NCBI GenBank assembly: GCA_038136695.1 | Contig: JAYQAK010000002.1 | Coordinates: 8,561-46,838 of the forward strand | Source: Poseidonia sp. | GTDB taxonomy: Archaea; Thermoplasmatota; Poseidoniia; Poseidoniales; Poseidoniaceae | Length of the DNA: 38,278 bases | Direction: 5' to 3' | In this document: piece by piece, positions 16,730 to 23,500 of the stretch | How the letters are laid out: each line of letters opens with the position of its first letter | Position numbering within the stretch: position 1 is the stretch's first letter | Notes under the pieces: model-generated | What the model saw: the letters and a program-made list of their open reading frames with translations, nothing else | Told to the model about the DNA's origin: nothing | Database searches by the model: none | Program-made: the position numbers and the translations under genes

Positions 16730-17521
16730 ATGTTGGGTCTTGAAGGAAAAACAGCCTTTGTCTTCGGGGTGGCCAGTGAAGACTCCATTGCATGGGCGAT
16801 TTGTCAGCAGTTGGCAGCCGCTGGAGTTACCCTCTATCTGGGGTATCAGAAGCGATTCATGAGCCGTGTGTTCCAGCTGAAAGACCAACTGCCTGCAATT
16901 GGAGGGTTCTATCCTTTGGACGTTGCCTCCGACGCTACCACCGCGGAATTCTTCACCGCTTTTGCAGCCGAGCATCCGGGCAAAAAGGCCGATATCCTGA
17001 TTCACGCCATCGGCTTTGCCCCCCGCTCCTGCTTTGACCGACCGATTCTGTTCGTTGAGGACGACGACATCAACACGGCGATGACCATCTCGGCCAATTC
17101 ACTTCAGCGTTGCCTCAAACATGCCCTCCCCTACCTCAACCCGGGCTCGTCCACGGTGACCTTGACGTACGCTGCCTCCACGCGATTTGTGCCAAGTTAC
17201 GGTATCATGTCGATGGCAAAAGCCGCCCTGGAATGCTGGACACGGGAATTGGCTTGCCATCTCGGCCCGGAAGGTCATCGCATCAACGCCATTTCATCAG
17301 GCCCCATCCGCACCATCGCCGCCAGTGGAATTCCAGGATTTGATCGCATTTTGGACCACGTTGAGGCCAACGCCCCGCTTCGTCGAAACGTCAACCAGGA
17401 CGACGTCGCCGGTGCAACCTTGTGGCTTTCAAGCCCGCTGGCATCGGGCGTCACCGGCCAGTGCATCTACGTGGATGCTGGATATTCCATCACGATGGTT
17501 CCCGAGAGCATCATGAATTGA
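16730..17521 (+). CDS. fabI: Enoyl-[acyl-carrier-protein] reductase, FabI type (SDR)
   Basis: The listed start at 16721 is GTG; the ATG at 16730 gives MLGLEGKTAFVFGVASEDSIAWAI, matching the FabI N-terminal GxxxxxSIA motif. The catalytic Y-x6-K is YGIMSMAK. INAISSGPIRTIAASGI and VYVDAGYSI are near-identical in pattern to E. coli FabI (VNAISAGPIRTLAASGI ... HVDGGFSI). Confidence 0.9.
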   Translation: MLGLEGKTAFVFGVASEDSIAWAICQQLAAAGVTLYLGYQKRFMSRVFQLKDQLPAIGGFYPLDVASDATTAEFFTAFAAEHPGKKADILIHAIGFAPRSCFDRPILFVEDDDINTAMTISANSLQRCLKHALPYLNPGSSTVTLTYAASTRFVPSYGIMSMAKAALECWTRELACHLGPEGHRINAISSGPIRTIAASGIPGFDRILDHVEANAPLRRNVNQDDVAGATLWLSSPLASGVTGQCIYVDAGYSITMVPESIMN

Positions 17522-17530
17522 GGTGACGAC

Positions 17531-20500
17531 ATGACGCTGACGACCGAAGACGGCAAAGCCTGCGAGGGCATCGAACAGGGACCGTTCGAACCCATCGCCG
17601 TCATCGGTGTAGGGGCGTTGATGCCCGACGCTCACGAGATTGACGCCTTTTGGCAAAACCTGCTCGACGCCAAAGTCAGCATCAAACCCTTGCCAGAAGG
17701 TCGCTGGCCCGGTCCTGTTGACCATTTTTGGAAGGAAGGTGGCCCTGGTGCCCACACAGAGGGGTTCACCTACGCCAAAATCGGAGCGTTGGTCACCGAT
17801 GCCGAATTCGATTGGCGCCGTTGGCGACAACCTCCCGGAACCCTTCCACAAATCGACCCCTGCCAGCAGTGGGCCGTCACGGTCTCGGCCGATGCCATCG
17901 AGCACGCCGGCTACGATGGAGACTCCAAGGACCTTGATCGCTCCCGAACCGGGGTGGTGTTCGCCAATGCCCTCGGAGGTGAAAACCGAAACATGTCCAA
18001 CATTCGCGTGTGGTCCAACCACACCACCGAACTGGCAAAGCAACACGGTCTGCCGGCCGACCAAGCCGAGGCCTTCACGACCGCTGTTCTCGAAGGTACG
18101 CCGCGGGTTGACGAAGACACCATGCCGGGTGAATTGGCCAACGTGGTGTCCGGGCGCGTGGCCAACCTCCTCGATTTGCAAGGGCCGAACCATGCCATGG
18201 ATGCGGCGTGTGCGTCGTCCATGGCTGCGGTGCTCGATGCTTGCCGATTGCTGCAGACGCGGCAAGTGGACGTCATGCTGGCGGGCGCTTCGGACCGAAC
18301 CATGGACCCTGCTACGTTTGCGAAATTCTCCGCCATCGGCGCCCTTTCACCAAGCCACTCCTCTCCGTTTGATGCTCGAGCGAACGGGTTCGTCATGGGC
18401 GAAGGAGCCGGCGTGTTGGTCCTGAAGCGATTGAGCGATGCCATTCGAGACGACGATGCCATCTTCAGCGTCATTCGAGGCGTGGGGGGCTCTTCCGACG
18501 GCCGAGGAAAAGGCATCACGGCGCCGAGCCAACGCGGTCAAATCCAAGCGATCGCACGGGCGTATGCTCAAGCGGGATACCCCGCATCAAGCGTTGAACT
18601 CGTCGAAGCCCACGGCACTTCCACCAAAGTGGGGGATGCAACGGAACTTTCCACCCTGTCTCGTCTCTGGACCGGCGTCGAGGGAACGGGCAAGGTGGCG
18701 GTGGGTTCCATCAAGTCACAAATCGGCCATCTCAAGGCGGCCGCTGGCATTGCTGGTATCATGAAGGCCGTCATGGCCCTGCACCACCGCACCATACCTC
18801 CCAGTGCCAATTTCGAAACTCCCAATCCAACCGTGGATTGGAACAACATTCCGTTCTTCGTCCCAACACAACCGCTCGAGTGGCCTCGGCCAAGCGACCA
18901 CCCAAGGCGTGCAGGTGTCTCAGCGTTCGGTTTCGGTGGAACCAATTTCCACTTGGCTCTCGAAGGTTACGAGCCCGACTACCACGCCCCGTTGGCCTCC
19001 CAATGGGACGCCCGATGGCAAGCCTACAGCGGCCAATCCAGCGCGGCTGCACCGTCCATTTTCGATGGTGCGGTTGAGGCAACGATGACGCACGAGGCGC
19101 TCAAGGCCATCGAGGGTGGCGTTCTGCTACTCTCGGGGGATTCCTTGGAAGAGGTGGCGGCACAACTCGGTGCCATGTCGTTCAGCGGCCCGTTGTTTGA
19201 CGACGACCCGCAGGGGCGACGCCTCTCCGAAGCCTTGCAAACCGCCAGCGGAGCGTTCGAGGCGACCGCCCCCGTTCGGTTGGCCGTGGTGGCCACATCG
19301 TGGGCCGAATTTTCCAAGCGTCAAACGCTGGCCGCCCAAGCCCTGGCTGACAAAGACAAATGGGGGTTCCTGCAGGCTCAAGGGGTGCTGGTTACCGACC
19401 AGCCGGCCCTGCCAAGTGAAGCAAAAGCCGTTCACATGTACCCCGGTCAAGGCAGTCAATACGTGGGCATGACCGCCGATTTGGTTCAGCGCTTCACGGC
19501 CCCAGCAGAGGTTTGGGCGCAAGCCGACGAGACCATGATCGACGTTCTCGACGGCGAAACGCTCTCCAGTTTCGTGCTTCGTTCCTCGCTGACCGCTGAG
19601 GAATTGAAAGAGGCCGAGCACAAACTCAAGCAAACCGAATACACCCAGCCGGCCATGCTCACGGCCGATTTGGCCATTGAACGAACGCTGCAAAGTTTCG
19701 GCCATCAACCCGACATGGTGGCTGGGCATTCCTTGGGCGAGTACGCTGCCCTGATGTCGTCGGGTATCCTCGATATGGACGGTGCCTTGCGAGCAGCTGC
19801 CGCCCGTGGCACGGAAATGGGTGCCGTGGAAATTGACGACAAAGGCCTCATGGCCAGCGTGACGGCTCCGTACGAAGAGGTGGAGGCCATTCTCGACGCC
19901 ACCGATGGCTATGTCATCGCCGCCAACAAAAACTCACCCAAAATGACGGTCATCGCCGGCGAGACAGCGCCCGTGCGGGCAGCGATGGCGGCGTTTGAGG
20001 AGAAGGGTTTCAACTGCGTGGAGTTGGCTACCTCGCATGCCTTCCACTCGCGTATCGTGGCGCCAGCCAATGAACCGCTGCGCCGTTTCCTGGAAGGCCT
20101 CGAGATTCGATGGCCCTCCGTCCCCATCACGGCCAACGTTGACGGTATGTTCTATCCGATGAAGGGCGAGGACTCCAAGACCGATATCCTGGTCAAATTG
20201 GCGCCACAAATGGCGTCATCCGTCGAGTGGACCAAACAGATTGAGACCATGTACGAGGCTGGAGGGCGTCTCTTTGTCGAAGTTGGTCCGAAGCGAGCCC
20301 TCACGATGTTTGCCATGCAGATTCTCGAAGGCCGCCCGCACGTGCCGGTGATGACGAACCACCCCAAGCAAGGCGGTGTTGCCAGCCTGTTCACCGCCAT
20401 CGGTGCGATGGCCATCGCCGGTCGTCCGCCCGCTTGGCCTGCGTTGGATTCGCCTGCACTTCAGGACGGGTTCAAAGCCGGTCCCATCGAGGCTCGCATG

Positions 20501-23500
20501 GCTTCATCCCTCAGTGCTTCTTCCACCAGCGCTGAATTGGAGGCTTTGCGTGTCCGTGCTCGCCCTCTGCCCGGAAGCGGCGCCAGTGGTCCTTCGGTTC
20601 CACCGACCTCCATGGTTCATGTTGCGAACATGGACGACGAGTACGCACGGGAACGTTCCATTCGGGCGTACGTTGGCGACCGTGTGGCCAAGTTCAGCGG
20701 CTATCCTGCCTCCTTCTGTCACGGGAACGTGGCTTTGGTCGAGGGCTTGGGCTTGACGCCTGCTCAGGTGCAACAGGTGGTGGCGACCATCGCCTCGGAA
20801 TCGACCACCGACCCGGAATTCGACGGAGCGTCGGCCGTGACGGCTGGCGATCTCACTCGCTGGGTGCGTGAGCCACCAGCGACCTGGAGGCCGATGGCCA
20901 CGGTCACCGCTCCTCCCTCGCTCAAAGCGGTTGCCGTGCAGACCGTCTCTGCGCTCCAGCCCACCTCAACGCGCGATGTTGACCCGTACGTGGTCACGGG
21001 TATTTCCTTGGGTTTGCCGGGCATGGAACGGGTGTTCTCGGAGGACGCCTTTGAGAAGTTGGTGCGTGGAGAAACGTGCATCAGCGAGGTCTCGGATGAA
21101 TACAAGCAACGTTTGCTGGACAAGAACATCGTGCGCCTCATCAAAGGCCGTGACGGTTCGGTGAACATGGACCAAGCCACGGTGTTCGGTGACATTCCAC
21201 AACTGGCTGGCCTCAAGGGCGCCTTTGACTTGGCAGAGGAATTCGGCATCGATCCAAAAGCCATCGTGGCATGGGACATCAGCACGCAGTTGGCGGTTGC
21301 TGCCGGCTTGCTGGCGTTGCGCGACGCCGGCATCCCCCTCACACCCGTTGAGCAGGTGGGCAAGGGCGGTCTGCGCCTGATTCGAAACTGGCAGGTGCCG
21401 CAGATACAACGCGAGCGCACCGGTATCGTGTTTTCCTCTTGTTTCCCCGGCTTGCAAATGGCGTCCAAGCACGCCAAGAACAACGGCGACGACGGCGAGG
21501 GACGGTTTGACCGTCGCTACCTGTTCCAAACCCTCAACATGGGCCACTCTCAATTTGCCCAATACACCGGTATTCGGGGACCAAACACCACCATCAACCT
21601 CGCCTGCGCCTCGGCCACGGCAGCGTTTGGCGTTGCCGAGGATTGGTTGGACGCCGGCCGAGTTGACCGTGTGGTCATCATCAGCGGTGACGACGTGACC
21701 GGCGATGACCTCTGGGAATGGATTGCCGGCGGCTTTGCAGCCTCGGGTGCAGCCGCTACCAACAACATCGTCGAGGAAACGGCGTTGCCCTTTGACCGCC
21801 GTCGTAACGGTCTCATTTTGGGCATGGGTGCAGCGGCCTTTGTCGTCGAGCGCCACTCCGAGGCAGAACAGCGAGGTGTGCAACCAATCGCCGAATTCTT
21901 GGGTTCAACCACCGCCAACTCAGCCTACCACGGTACGCGGCTTGACGTGGAGCATGTGGGTTCCGTGGTCAACGGGTTCATCACCGACATGGAACAACGA
22001 TGGGGCCTCAACCGTCACGAAATGGCCTCCGACACCGTCTTTTTCTCCCACGAGACCTACACGCCAGCCCGTGGAGGCTCCGCACAGTCTGAAGTGAGGG
22101 CGTTGCGCGAGACCTTTGGGGAATCCACCAACAAGCTGGTCATCGCCAACACGAAAGGCTTCACCGGCCATCCAATGGCGGTGGGTATCGAAGACGCCAG
22201 CATGTTCTACGGCTTGCTCACGGGTCGTATTCCCCCGATTGCCAACCACAAAGAGAAGGACCCAGAGCTCGGCGATCTCAACCTCTCGACGGGAGGAGAT
22301 TACCCTGAACTCAAGTACGGTCTGCGCTTTGCGGCAGGTTTTGGCTCGCAAATTGCGCTCTCGCTCATGAAGAAATGGCCGGTTGAGGGCGACCGTATCA
22401 ACGGGGCAAAACTCCTCGCTTGGGCACGCACGCTGGCAGGTACAGACGACGTGGTGATGCGAATTCTCCAAAACAAACTCGTTGCATATGTCAACGGGGA
22501 CGACAACCTCCACGGCGGGGTCCAAGGCGATGCCTGGCCACCAACTCAAGATTGGGAAGGCCAACCCTCCGTGGTTGAACAGCCCGCCGCTCAGGTGATT
22601 GAGCCGGCTGCACAAACCGCTCCCGCTGAACCGAAACCGGCACCAACGTCTGCACCAGCAGCGGCCCCAGCCGTCGAAGCAAGTGGGGATATGGTGGCAA
22701 CGGTGATCGAGGTTGTGGTTCATCACACGGGCTATCCTGCCGACTTCGTTGAGTTGGACCAAGACCTGGAAGGCGAGTTGGGCATTGACACCGTCAAGCA
22801 AGCAGAAATCATGGCCGACATCCGAGAACGCTTCGGCTTGCCGGTGGACGAAGACTTCGTCCTTGCTGACTATCCCACCTTGAATCACATGATCGGTTAC
22901 ATTCAGCGCATGACCGGAGGCGCTCCAGCCGCCTCCGCACCCGACCCGGCTTCTGCGCCAACCCAGCCCGCCCACGTTGCACCCTCCACACCCGAACCGG
23001 TCGTAGCGCCACCTGCGGCTGCGCCTGCCGTTGTCGATGATGCTGCCATGACCGAAACGGTGGTTGCGGTGGTCGTCCAGCACACCGGATACCCTGCCGA
23101 TTTCATTGAACTCGACCAGGATTTGGAAGGTGAATTGGGCATTGACACCGTCAAGCAAGCCGAGATCATGGCCGACATCAGAGACCGATTTTCTCTTCCC
23201 GTTGACGAAGACTTTGTTCTCGCAGATCACCCCACGCTGAACCACATGATCGGCTACATTCAGCGTATGCAGGGAGGTGGAACAGCGACGCCAGCAGCGG
23301 CACCTGCGCCCACGCCCCAGGCCGCCACGCCTTCCTCGCCACCGGCAACCGCATCGCCCGCTCCCTCTGCACCAGCACAAACCGGGCCCAGGCCCGACAT
23401 TGAGTCGGTGCTGGTCGAGGTGGTCGTCAGCCACACAGGCTACCCTCCAGATTTCATCGAGATGGACCAAGATTTGGAAGGTGAATTGGGCATTGACACC

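Noticed and set aside
15529-16788. A 419-aa minus-strand ORF covering the whole 15523-16608 gene and the following gap.
   Set aside because: It is an antisense shadow of a GC-rich gene. Its translation is His/Arg/Gly/Val-rich with no recognisable motif. The plus-strand ORF has a coherent signal peptide, TM anchor and acidic tail, and fits the operon spacing.
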